Origin: an uncultured Acetatifactor sp. | GTDB lineage: Bacteria; Bacillota; Clostridia; Lachnospirales; Lachnospiraceae | Length of the DNA: 64,000 nucleotides | Assembly: GCA_944383825.1 (NCBI GenBank) | Contig: CALWRA010000002.1 | Location: 33,259 to 97,258 of the forward strand | Reading direction: 5' to 3' | Shown here: positions 51,270 to 60,492 of the stretch, one piece after another | Layout of the letters: the number at the start of each line of letters is the position of its first letter | How positions within the stretch are numbered: position 1 is the first letter of the stretch | Translations under genes and position numbers: made by a program | Notes under the pieces: generated by a model | What the model was told of the DNA's origin: nothing | Database searches by the model: none | What the model saw: only the letters and a program-made list of their open reading frames with translations

Positions 51270-52382
51270 CGTTTGCCGGAGGATTACAACGATCATTCCG
51301 GTCTTACTCCTACAGTGTTCTCGGCTATTGTGGCGGTGACGCTGTTTGTGGGTGTGATTTTGGCGGCTGTGCTTTTGATAAATAACCAAAGACCTGCAAG
51401 AGCACAGACAAATAAACAGAAAAGCGTTTTTGCGGAGGAGATAGAGGAGGAGGGAAGCTCTGTAGATACGGGAGAGCCTCTCAGAACGGATGAAATCCTT
51501 ACAGGAAGCACTCTGAGTCCGGATGATCTGGATTTCTGGGATCTGTATCCCGAGGAGACCGCACAGGCTCCTGAGCCTGAGAAAGAGAGCGTTGAGGAGA
51601 CTGTTGAGAATGACCCGGCGTCTGATGGGAAACATACTCTGATTAAATATGCGGATGGAGAGGAGGAATGGTTGTTGATCAGTCCATATCTTCCAAAGCA
51701 CGAGTATGATTTTACCAAGCTGGTATATCAGTCCAATTTGATGAAGTATTATGAGGAGGGCAACCTTGTCTCTTTCGTAGGGGCCGACATATCCAAAAAC
51801 CAGGATTACGTGGACTTTGTAGAGTTGAAAAAGGCCGGAGTGGACTATGTGATGCTGAGAGTGGGGGCCCGGGGATATGGCAGCGGACAGCTGGTTCTGG
51901 ACGAATATTTTGCCGACAATATCAGGCGAGCCTCTGACGCAGGTCTGGAAATCGGCGTTTATTTCTCATCTCAGGCCATAACAACTGATGAGGCCGTTGA
52001 GGAAGCGAATATGGTTCTGGAGAATATCAGGGATTACAGTATTACTTATCCGGTGGCTTTTCGTATGGAATCTGTAGAGAATGACGCCTCCAGAATAGAC
52101 AGCCTGAGCAAATCCGAGAAGACGGAGATTGCCAGAGCTTTTTTGGATGCCGTGCAAAACGCGGGCTACAAGCCCATGCTGTACGGGAATAAGGAGTGGC
52201 TGCTCAAGCAGATTGATTTATCTAAGCTGACCTCCTATGACATATGGCTTTCTCAGGAGGAGGATATTCCGGATTATCCTTATAGATTTACCATGTGGCA
52301 ATATACGAAAAAGGCATCTATAGATGGGATAGCAGGGAACGCCAGCTTGAATATTAGCTTTATCGATTACTCGGAAAAATAA
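51267..52382 (+). CDS. membrane-anchored GH25 muramidase-fold protein
   Basis: N-terminal TM, acidic linker, GADIS..Q, ..RVG.RGYG.G, YF.SQA, W.SQ, MWQYT. Confidence 0.88.
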   Translation: MRLPEDYNDHSGLTPTVFSAIVAVTLFVGVILAAVLLINNQRPARAQTNKQKSVFAEEIEEEGSSVDTGEPLRTDEILTGSTLSPDDLDFWDLYPEETAQAPEPEKESVEETVENDPASDGKHTLIKYADGEEEWLLISPYLPKHEYDFTKLVYQSNLMKYYEEGNLVSFVGADISKNQDYVDFVELKKAGVDYVMLRVGARGYGSGQLVLDEYFADNIRRASDAGLEIGVYFSSQAITTDEAVEEANMVLENIRDYSITYPVAFRMESVENDASRIDSLSKSEKTEIARAFLDAVQNAGYKPMLYGNKEWLLKQIDLSKLTSYDIWLSQEEDIPDYPYRFTMWQYTKKASIDGIAGNASLNISFIDYSEK

Positions 52383-53188
52383 TTCAATATTTTCGGAGAT
52401 ATTTCCAGGCTGGAATAAATTTCCGCATATTGGGAGGGAGAAATGCCATCAATATAATTTGGGGTAAATTTTTTGGAGACTCCGTTTTTTTTCAGACAGT
52501 CAATGGCTTTGTTGTAGGCAATGGCGGCTTCTGTCTCCGTAAGATATTTCCCGATCAGATAATTTCCTCTGATGTGGATACGGGCGGTATAAAGATACCG
52601 CCCGTTTTTTTGCCTCTGGGGGCGGACACCATGATAAATGTTGTGTATCTTGAGATTTTCCCGGCGAAAGTCCGTGGGATCATTATTGATAAAGGAAAAA
52701 TCTACTCCGCAGACCGCGTAATTTTTGATGCCGTAGCGAGAACGAATATTCACCTGCATACCGTAGTCCGCGACAAAATAGTGATTGCCCCGGCACATAA
52801 TTTTGTGGGAGGAGTAATAGAAAAGATCGTCGGGGTCAAACTTCAGAACGTGATCCGGGGAAAGATAGTAATAAAACAGCTTTTGGCCTATATATATGGG
52901 ATTGCCGAAATAGATGCCGTTGTCCCGGAAGTTTAAAAGACACACCCATTTTTCAAAGGGCAGAGGAGAATTTTCAGAGTATGATTTCAAAGTGACAAGG
53001 GAGTCCTCCAGCAAGCGCCGTCCCTCCAAATAGGCAAAATGGGCCTTTTCAGGACAGGAAAAGCTTCCCAGACTGATATGCTTTCGCCGGTAGGTCAGGG
53101 AAGAACGATAACAGATCTCTCCGTTTTTCCGAAGGGAGGAAAAAACACCTTCATAATGCAGTTCAGATCCATTCTCATACCTCTTCAT
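52367..53188 (-). CDS. tandem AP2-like domain protein with a degenerate central HNH-like segment
   Basis: Two Y.GV....KNG...Y...I...LG.F/Y...E.A..AY repeats flanking FINNDPTDFRRENL; GAGGTG RBS before ATG 53188. Confidence 0.6.
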   Translation of the reverse strand: MKRYENGSELHYEGVFSSLRKNGEICYRSSLTYRRKHISLGSFSCPEKAHFAYLEGRRLLEDSLVTLKSYSENSPLPFEKWVCLLNFRDNGIYFGNPIYIGQKLFYYYLSPDHVLKFDPDDLFYYSSHKIMCRGNHYFVADYGMQVNIRSRYGIKNYAVCGVDFSFINNDPTDFRRENLKIHNIYHGVRPQRQKNGRYLYTARIHIRGNYLIGKYLTETEAAIAYNKAIDCLKKNGVSKKFTPNYIDGISPSQYAEIYSSLEISPKILNYFSE

Positions 53189-53255
53189 AAATAAGATCAC
53201 CTCATCAAAAGATAATATCATTATAACATTATTTTTTCAAATAGGAACATTTTAG

Positions 53256-53284
53256 AAATATTTTTAGGACTTGCTTCATAAACT
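53256..53284 (+). promoter_or_regulatory. sigmaE-like sporulation promoter
   Basis: AAATA-N16-CATAAACT before a CwlJ/SleB-like gene. Confidence 0.55.
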
Positions 53285-53331
53285 AATATATGGTTGGAGA
53301 AAAACTCCAACGGAAAGGGTATAAATGCATT

Positions 53332-53952
53332 ATGTATAAAAAGGCCGTTAGCGCTTTGGCGCTTGTGAATTTATTGTTCCTGTTTGGATTTATCTGTCTG
53401 AGGGGAACACAGATCAACAGGCTGGCATCAGAGCCCGCCCATCAGATAAAAGCGGATGAAAGTCTGCTTGCGGACAGCGAGAGCAGCAGTATTGGAATCG
53501 TATATGTGGCGGCATCCGGGCAGAGGGTTGTGGATTTTAGCGTTCTGGAAAAAGAGCTTGCATATGATCTGGAGGAAAAGGATCTGGAGATGCTTCTCAG
53601 GATCGTGGAGGCGGAAGCGGGATGTGAAGATGAGGAAGGAAAGCTGCTTGTGGCAAATGTAGTTTTAAACAGAGTGGTCAGCGAAAAATTTCCGGATACT
53701 GTCTCCGATGTAGTGTTTCAGCGGGAAAACGGCGTGACACAGTTTTCTCCTGTATCCAACGGAACCATATGGAGTGTGGAAATTAGTGAAGAAACGGTTG
53801 AAGCCGTTGGACGTGCCCTGGAAGGGGAGGATATTTCTCAGGGAGCCCTTTATTTTGCTGCCAGAGAATATGCGGACAGCAGTAAAATGAAATGGTTCGA
53901 CGATAATCTGACTTTTCTTTTCAGGCATGGAGGACATGAATTCTTCCGGTAG
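53332..53952 (+). CDS. SleB/CwlJ-family (Hydrolase_2) cell wall hydrolase
   Basis: RIVEAEA, VANVVLNRV.S..FP.TV..V.FQ, QFSPV, GALYF, GGH.FF. Confidence 0.9.
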   Translation: MYKKAVSALALVNLLFLFGFICLRGTQINRLASEPAHQIKADESLLADSESSSIGIVYVAASGQRVVDFSVLEKELAYDLEEKDLEMLLRIVEAEAGCEDEEGKLLVANVVLNRVVSEKFPDTVSDVVFQRENGVTQFSPVSNGTIWSVEISEETVEAVGRALEGEDISQGALYFAAREYADSSKMKWFDDNLTFLFRHGGHEFFR

Positions 53953-54026
53953 AGGAGAGCCGTAGCAAAAGCGCAGGAACAACGGAGCGGACCATGACGG
54001 AACTCCCGGGGCGGCCGTGAAAGTAA

Positions 54027-54055
54027 TTGCGCCCTCTTTGAAATTATGCTACAAT
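54027..54055 (+). promoter_or_regulatory. sigmaA-type promoter of thrC-deoC-peptidase
   Basis: TTGCGC-N17-TACAAT with an extended TG. Confidence 0.7.
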
Positions 54056-54074
54056 ATTTCATATTTGGGTCCTT

Positions 54075-54115
54075 GAGGCCATGCCCGCTGGGGCGGGCAG
54101 GGAGGTAAAAGTATG
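54075..54115 (+). repeat. hairpin-SD leader motif, copy 4 (before thrC)
   Basis: GAGGCCA-TGCCCGC-TGGG-GCGGGCA-GGGAGG-TAAAAGT-ATG. Confidence 0.75.
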
Positions 54116-55600
54116 GAAGTATTGTATAACAGCACGAGAAGCCAGGAACAAGCAGTAAAAGCTTCGGAGGCAATTCTGAAGGGCCTTTCCGAAGATGGGG
54201 GGCTTTTTGTACCGGATCATATTCCGGCCCTGGACATAAGTTTCGGAGCCCTTGCCGATATGAGCTATCAGGAAACCGCTTATGAGGTGATGAAGCTTTT
54301 TCTTACGGATTTTTCTGAAGATGAGTTAAAGGATTGCATCGACAGAGCTTATGATGCCAAGTTTGATACGGAGGGAATCGCGCCTCTCAGAGAAGCGGAT
54401 GGAGCGTTTTACCTGGAGCTGTTCCACGGCCCAACTATTGCCTTTAAGGATATGGCTTTGTCCATTCTGCCCCATTTGCTGATTACCTCAGCCCGAAAAA
54501 ATCATATCAAAAATGAAATAGTGATTTTGACAGCCACCTCTGGAGATACCGGAAAAGCGGCCCTTGCAGGCTTTGCAGGTGTGGAGGGGACGCGGATCAT
54601 CGTATTTTATCCCAAAAACGGCGTCAGTCCCATTCAGGAAAAACAGATGGTGACCCAGAAGGGTGAAAATACTCTGGTGGTGGGAATCCACGGCAATTTC
54701 GATGATGCGCAGACGGGGGTTAAGAGGATTTTTTCGGACAAGGCTCTTGCTGAGGAAATGGAGAAAAAAGGCTATCAGTTTTCCTCGGCCAACTCCATTA
54801 ATATCGGCAGACTTGTGCCCCAGATATGCTATTATGTTTATGCCTATGCAAGACTGCTCAAGGCTGGAAAAATTGCGGAGGGAGAAAGGATCAACGCAGT
54901 GGTTCCCACTGGAAATTTCGGTAATATTCTGGCGGCTTTTTATGCTAAAAACATGGGGCTTCCCATTGGCAGACTGATCTGTGCGTCCAATGAAAATAAG
55001 GTGCTGTATGATTTCTTTCGCACAGGCGTGTATGACAGAAACAGGGAGTTTGTGCTGACCTCATCCCCGTCCATGGATATTTTGATCTCCAGTAATTTGG
55101 AAAGGCTGATTTACCGTATAGCGGGGAATGATTCGAATGAAAATAAAGAGCTAATGGATGCTTTAAACGGGCGGGGACGATATGAGATCACGGAGGCGAT
55201 GAAGAAGCAGCTCTCCGAGTTTTACGGGGGCTATGCTGATGAGAAGGAGACCTCGGAAGCTATCTCCAAAATGTACGGAGACTGCGGATATGTGATTGAT
55301 CCCCACACAGCGGTGGCTTCGGCCGTTTACCGTAAATATGAGCAGCAGACGGGAGACCATACGAAGACGGTCATAGTTTCTACGGCCAGTCCCTTTAAAT
55401 TTACCAGAAGCGTCATGGAAGCTATTGATCCCAAATATGAAGGTATGGATGATTTTGCTCTGGCTGACGAGCTTTGCCGCATTGCCTGTATAAAGGAGCC
55501 TAAGGCCATCGAAGAGCTACGGACTGCGCCGGTGATACATGACAGGCAATGCCAGGTGGGTGAAATGAAAAACGTGGTGCGGGAATTTTTGGGACTGTAA
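54113..55600 (+). CDS. thrC: threonine synthase
   Basis: GL..DGGLFVP, ELFHGPT.AFKD.AL (PLP lysine), ATSGDTG, NSINIGRL, PTGNFGN. Confidence 0.96.
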   Translation: MEVLYNSTRSQEQAVKASEAILKGLSEDGGLFVPDHIPALDISFGALADMSYQETAYEVMKLFLTDFSEDELKDCIDRAYDAKFDTEGIAPLREADGAFYLELFHGPTIAFKDMALSILPHLLITSARKNHIKNEIVILTATSGDTGKAALAGFAGVEGTRIIVFYPKNGVSPIQEKQMVTQKGENTLVVGIHGNFDDAQTGVKRIFSDKALAEEMEKKGYQFSSANSINIGRLVPQICYYVYAYARLLKAGKIAEGERINAVVPTGNFGNILAAFYAKNMGLPIGRLICASNENKVLYDFFRTGVYDRNREFVLTSSPSMDILISSNLERLIYRIAGNDSNENKELMDALNGRGRYEITEAMKKQLSEFYGGYADEKETSEAISKMYGDCGYVIDPHTAVASAVYRKYEQQTGDHTKTVIVSTASPFKFTRSVMEAIDPKYEGMDDFALADELCRIACIKEPKAIEELRTAPVIHDRQCQVGEMKNVVREFLGL

Positions 55601-55629
55601 TATACAAACCATATGGAAAAGAGGAGATT

Positions 55630-56292
55630 ATGACAGCGGAAGAGATATTTGGAAGGGTGGATCACACACAGCTAAAGCCCTATGCTGACTGGCAGGACAT
55701 CAGAAAACTCTGCGAGGAGGCCATAGAATACGGGACTGCCAGTGTGTGCGTGCCGCCTTCCTATGTGAAGAGGATACATGATACATATAAGGACCGTCTC
55801 AATATATGCACCGTGGTAGGCTTTCCTTTGGGCTACAGCGTCACAGAGGCGAAAAAGGCGGAAATATGTCAGGCTTTGGCCGACGGCTGCAGTGAGATTG
55901 ACATGGTGGTAAATATCAGTGATGTAAAAAATGGCAGGTATGATAAGGTGGAAGAGGAAATCAGGCAGCTGAAGGAGGTCTGCGGAGACCATATCCTTAA
56001 GGTGATAGTGGAGACCTGTTATCTGACCGAGGAGGAAAAAATAGCTATGTGCAGGGCGGTTACCAATGGAGGAGCCGACTACATTAAGACTTCAACGGGA
56101 TTTGGGACGGATGGCGCTCGGAAGGAGGATGTGGAGCTGTTTCAAAAGCATATTGGACCGAATGTGAAAATTAAGGCTTCGGGAGGCATTTCAACCCTTC
56201 AGGATCTGGAAATGTTTCTGGAGCTTGGCTGCGACCGCATCGGAACTTCAAGAGCCGTTGAAATTGTTCAGGCCGCCGGCGCTATGATGTGA
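55630..56292 (+). CDS. deoC: deoxyribose-phosphate aldolase
   Basis: DHT.LK, VVGFPLG, EIDMV, LKVI.ET, IKTSTGF, KASGGI, RIGTS. Confidence 0.96.
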   Translation: MTAEEIFGRVDHTQLKPYADWQDIRKLCEEAIEYGTASVCVPPSYVKRIHDTYKDRLNICTVVGFPLGYSVTEAKKAEICQALADGCSEIDMVVNISDVKNGRYDKVEEEIRQLKEVCGDHILKVIVETCYLTEEEKIAMCRAVTNGGADYIKTSTGFGTDGARKEDVELFQKHIGPNVKIKASGGISTLQDLEMFLELGCDRIGTSRAVEIVQAAGAMM

Positions 56293-56330
56293 AGCGCACA
56301 GTTGTCGGAGGGAAAGGCAAGGTGACGGAA

Positions 56331-58127
56331 ATGATAAACAAGGTGATTGCTCAACGTCTTCAAAGGCTGCGGGCATTGATGAAAAATAAAGGTGTGGACT
56401 ATTTTATGGCCCCCACTGCAGATTTCCATAATTCGGAATATGTAAACGATTATTTTAAGGTGAGAGAATTCTTTTCCAATTTTTCAGGCTCCAACGGAAC
56501 CCTGCTGGTATGGCAGGAGGGAGCAGGGCTTTGGACGGATGGACGTTATTTCATCCAGGCGGAAAGGGAGCTTGCCGGCACCGGGATAGAGCTTTTCCGG
56601 ATGCTGAATGCCGGAGTGCCTACCATCGAAGATTTTTTAAAAGAGCGGATGCGGGAAGGGGATACCCTTGGTTTCGATGGCAGAGTGATTTGTGCATTGG
56701 AAGGTAAAAAATATGAAAGAGAATTGAGTGAAAAGAAAATTAGAATTGCCTTTCAGGAAGATCTGGCGGAGAGCATATGGGAGGACAGACCAGCTTTTCC
56801 GGCTGGCAGGATAACCGTCCTGGATGAGAAAATTGCCGGAAAAAGTCTGGACGAGAAGCTGAAAGAAACCCGAAGAAGGATAGGAGAGGAAGGGGCTGAG
56901 AGCCTGCTGCTCACAAAGCTGGATGATTTGATGTGGCTGTTCAATATCCGGGGCTGCGATGTGGAATGCAATCCTGTTGCAATGTCTTATGGATTTATTA
57001 CCATGGATAAGGCCGTTTTGTTTCTCAGGAAAAAAGCCATGGATATGGACACGGAAAAGTACCTGAGTCGTCACAAGATTCAGGTGGAGGACTATGACAG
57101 CATTACAGATTATTTGAGAGGCCTGCCAAAAAATTTGAAGGTTATGGCAGATCCCAGGCATTGCAGCTATCTGCTTTACAGGATCCTGTGTGAAAGGTGT
57201 ACACTCGTGGAAAAACGAAATCCCACAGAGCTGCTGAAGGCTGTAAAGAATCCGGTGGAGCTGGCCAATATGGAAAAAATCTATTTAAAGGACAGCGTAG
57301 CCGTTACCAAATTCATTTACTGGCTGAAAAGTAATATCGGCAGGGAGCAGATTACAGAGGTTACGGCGGCGGATTATCTGGAAAAACTTCGCAGGGAGAT
57401 TCCGGAATTCCTGGATTTGTCCTTTCCTACCATTGCCGGCTATAAGGCCAACGCGGCGATGATGCACTATGAGGCAACTCCGGAAGGCTGCGCCGTGCTT
57501 GCGCCTGAGGGAATGCTTTTGGTGGATTCCGGCGGACAGTATATGGGCGGCACCACCGACGTGACAAGGACGATTGTGCTGGGGCCGGTCAGTGATGAGA
57601 TCAAAAGACATTATACGCTTGTGGCGGCAGGAATGCTTCAGCTGTCGGCAGTCCGATGGCTTCATGGCTGTACGGGCCGCAATCTTGACATCCTTGCCCG
57701 CCAGCCTATATGGGATGAGGGACTGGATTATCAGTGTGGAACAGGACATGGCGTGGGCTATATTCTGAATGTGCACGAGGGCCCTCAGAATATACGCTGG
57801 CGTTTTGCGGAGGGCATGACGGAGGCTGTGATAGAAGATGGCATGGATATAACTAATGAGCCGGGAATCTATATTGAGGGAAGCCATGGCATCCGTATTG
57901 AAAATGTCATGATAGCCAAAAATGATTTAAAAAATGAATACGGGCAGTTTATGCATTTTGAAACACTGACCTGGGTGCCCATCGACAGGGAGGGTGTGGA
58001 TGAGAAATATATGACGGAAACGCAGAAGCAGCTTTTTTTCCGGTATCAGAGAGAGGTATACAGAAGAATCTCTCCTTATCTGACAACGGAGGAAAAAGCC
58101 TGGCTGAAAGAGGAGACCGGCTCCTGA
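56331..58127 (+). CDS. Xaa-Pro aminopeptidase (M24B, ~600-aa type)
   Basis: SNF.GSNG, WTDGRY, DSGGQY..GTTD.TRT, HGVG, HEGP, NEPG, IRIEN. Confidence 0.93.
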   Translation: MINKVIAQRLQRLRALMKNKGVDYFMAPTADFHNSEYVNDYFKVREFFSNFSGSNGTLLVWQEGAGLWTDGRYFIQAERELAGTGIELFRMLNAGVPTIEDFLKERMREGDTLGFDGRVICALEGKKYERELSEKKIRIAFQEDLAESIWEDRPAFPAGRITVLDEKIAGKSLDEKLKETRRRIGEEGAESLLLTKLDDLMWLFNIRGCDVECNPVAMSYGFITMDKAVLFLRKKAMDMDTEKYLSRHKIQVEDYDSITDYLRGLPKNLKVMADPRHCSYLLYRILCERCTLVEKRNPTELLKAVKNPVELANMEKIYLKDSVAVTKFIYWLKSNIGREQITEVTAADYLEKLRREIPEFLDLSFPTIAGYKANAAMMHYEATPEGCAVLAPEGMLLVDSGGQYMGGTTDVTRTIVLGPVSDEIKRHYTLVAAGMLQLSAVRWLHGCTGRNLDILARQPIWDEGLDYQCGTGHGVGYILNVHEGPQNIRWRFAEGMTEAVIEDGMDITNEPGIYIEGSHGIRIENVMIAKNDLKNEYGQFMHFETLTWVPIDREGVDEKYMTETQKQLFFRYQREVYRRISPYLTTEEKAWLKEETGS

Positions 58128-58182
58128 GATAAAATAGCCTGGCAACAAGAAGGATGAATTTTTTTTCTGGCAAAAATTTCAG

Positions 58183-58211
58183 TTGTAATATGCTTCCGAA
58201 TTGGCTATAAT
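58183..58211 (+). promoter_or_regulatory. sigmaA-type promoter of the 6S RNA
   Basis: TTGTAA-N17-TATAAT with no ORF or RBS downstream. Confidence 0.8.
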
Positions 58212-58223
58212 ATAAATAACCTG

Positions 58224-58409
58224 AAATGACCGATAACTCTTGTTCGTTTTGAACCTACATTTACTTTAAACGGGATTCCTATATCGCCAGGCAGCTGTCA
58301 AGCCCTCACTTCAGGCGTTTTGGCCGGAAGGATTGGAAGGGAAGGCAAAAGTTTGGTTGCGGTTGCCCACCTAGCATTGCTAGGAGTCAAAAAACAGGAG
58401 GCGGCATTT
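58224..58409 (+). ncRNA. ssrS: probable 6S RNA
   Basis: About 185-nt rod: AAATGACCG pairs CGGCATTT, CTCTTGTT pairs AACAGGAG, TTTTGA pairs TCAAAA; then a large central bubble with a small 3' hairpin CCTAGCA-T-TGCTAGG; own promoter and terminator. Confidence 0.8.
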
Positions 58410-58464
58410 TGGGGGATAAAAGAAGAAGCGTCACGTCAAAGTGCCGCCATCGTGAACAAAAGAA

Positions 58465-58494
58465 GAAGAGCAGTCCGTTTGGGCTGCTCTTTTC
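58465..58494 (+). terminator. intrinsic terminator after the 6S RNA
   Basis: AGAGCAGTCC-GTTT-GGGCTGCTCT-TTT. Confidence 0.85.
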
Positions 58495-58536
58495 AAATAA
58501 TAGCCTGAAATGGCAGGAAAAATGTGAGGATATGAA

Positions 58537-60492
58537 TTGAACGACAGGAAAGCGCCGCGCAATGGCAGACTGAACAAATCCCAGAGGATGCAGAGGAAAG
58601 CTTTCATCTGCACACTTGGCATTATTCTGCTTCTCATATTGCTTCTGGGACGTTTTATTTTGTTTTTGATACATAGGGAAAGGGAGCCCGAACCGGATGA
58701 GCATATACCGGTTGTAGAGCTTTTAAAAAATGTATGGATCATGGAGGCAGATGAAGAGGGTCTGCTTGTTTTTCATGAAGGGGAAAAGGAGCGTTATCCC
58801 TATGGCGTTATTTCCGAAACGCCGGACAATGCCAGAGAACAGATTGCAGATATTACCTTAACGGATGGTGCCGTTTCGGATATTTCCCTAAAAACTGAAA
58901 AGATTAACGGTAAAATATTGAGCGCTGATTCACAAGCGATAGAAGTGGAGGGCTATGGGCGACTGCCTCTTGCATCGGATTATAAGGGCTACAGAATATA
59001 TTCAAGCCTGGAGATGTGCACTGTTTCTGATTTGAGCTTCGGTTACAGCTTTACAGATCTGGTAATGGAAAATGGAGAAATTTGCGGTCTTCTTATGGTG
59101 AAGGAGGAGGCCATGGAATATATCCGGGTTCTGATAAAGACGGGGGATTTTGGCGGTATGCTTCACGACAGCCTGGTGATTACGGCAGATACGGACTTTA
59201 CCATTCAATACGGGGGATACGACGATTTGAAGCAGGAGACGTATGCTGCGGGTGAAGAGATTACGATAGATCTTGCGAGTCCGTACTTTTCGTCCGACAG
59301 AATTACCATTTCGCCCAATGTGCTTACCGGGAAGATCATCCTGGGAAACGTAAACCGCAGCCAGGGAATCCCCGGGTACAGAGGGAGAATGGAGCTTTTG
59401 AAGACGGCGGATGGAATTGCTCTGGTAAATGAAGTGCTTTTGGAGGAATATCTTTACAGCGTTGTGCCAAGTGAGATGCCTTCGTCCTATCCGGAGGAAG
59501 CGCTGAAAGCACAGGCGGTCTGCGCCAGAACTTATGCCTATGGTCATATGATAAGGGCCGCATATCCTGAATACGGCGCGCATGTGGATGACAGCACCTC
59601 TTATCAGGTATATAATAATATATTGGAGCAGGAAAGCACTACAACGGCGGTTAAGGAAACCTACGGACAGCTGCTTTTTACCCAGGAGGGGGGACTGGCG
59701 GGCACCTATTATTATTCCACTTCCTGCGGAGTGGGGAGCGATGCCAATGTGTGGAAAACCCAGGAGGCCAAAACGCTGAATTACCTTAAGGCAAAGTCGG
59801 TAAATGCCGAAGCTGTGGAGTCGGAAATGATAAAAGAGACGTCTGCAGATCTACAGGACGCTGCAAATAAGCAAGCAGATCTGGGAGAGCAGCTTAAGGA
59901 GGAAGAAGCCTTTGACGCTTTTATCAGATCCAAAAATGCTTCTGATTTTGAGGTGTCGGAAGGGTGGTACCGCTGGACCTATCAGGTGAATAAGGTGGAT
60001 ACAGAGCGTATGCTTACTTTGCTTCAGAGCAGGTATGAAGCAAACGAAGATTTGGTGCTTACTCTTGAAGAAGGGGAGTTTGTAAGCCTTCCGATAACGG
60101 AGCTTAAGACTCTCACAGGGCTTTCCATAGTAAAGCGGGGAAGCGGCGGCATTGCGGATGAGCTTCTGATTGAAACAGGGGAACACACTTATAAAGTAAT
60201 TTCGGAGCATAACATCCGCTATGTGCTCAATGACGGCGAGAGTAAAATACTCCGTCAGGATGGAAGCCAGGTGGTTTCTCCCTCTCTTTTGCCAAGCGGA
60301 TTTTTCATTCTGGAGCCCAGAATGGAAAAGGAAATCGTGTCAGGCTATACGCTGATCGGGGGAGGCTTTGGACATGGAGTGGGAATGAGTCAGAACGGCG
60401 CAAGAAACATGGCTGGAAACGGTTATACCTGTGAGGACATTTTGTACTATTTTTATGAGGACTGTACACTGCAAAACATTTATCAGTCGTGA
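58537..60492 (+). CDS. membrane-anchored SpoIID/LytB-domain protein
   Basis: N-terminal TM; LEEYLYSVVPSEM, EALKAQAVCARTYA, YQVY, YYSTSCG, GHGVGMSQ.GA. Confidence 0.9.
   Translation: MNDRKAPRNGRLNKSQRMQRKAFICTLGIILLLILLLGRFILFLIHREREPEPDEHIPVVELLKNVWIMEADEEGLLVFHEGEKERYPYGVISETPDNAREQIADITLTDGAVSDISLKTEKINGKILSADSQAIEVEGYGRLPLASDYKGYRIYSSLEMCTVSDLSFGYSFTDLVMENGEICGLLMVKEEAMEYIRVLIKTGDFGGMLHDSLVITADTDFTIQYGGYDDLKQETYAAGEEITIDLASPYFSSDRITISPNVLTGKIILGNVNRSQGIPGYRGRMELLKTADGIALVNEVLLEEYLYSVVPSEMPSSYPEEALKAQAVCARTYAYGHMIRAAYPEYGAHVDDSTSYQVYNNILEQESTTTAVKETYGQLLFTQEGGLAGTYYYSTSCGVGSDANVWKTQEAKTLNYLKAKSVNAEAVESEMIKETSADLQDAANKQADLGEQLKEEEAFDAFIRSKNASDFEVSEGWYRWTYQVNKVDTERMLTLLQSRYEANEDLVLTLEEGEFVSLPITELKTLTGLSIVKRGSGGIADELLIETGEHTYKVISEHNIRYVLNDGESKILRQDGSQVVSPSLLPSGFFILEPRMEKEIVSGYTLIGGGFGHGVGMSQNGARNMAGNGYTCEDILYYFYEDCTLQNIYQS

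Noticed and set aside
53970-54032. GC-rich stretch bounded by GCGCA...TGCGC upstream of thrC as a riboswitch
   Set aside because: It lies upstream of and overlaps the predicted thrC -35, so it would not be in the thrC mRNA; no T-box or SAM motifs.
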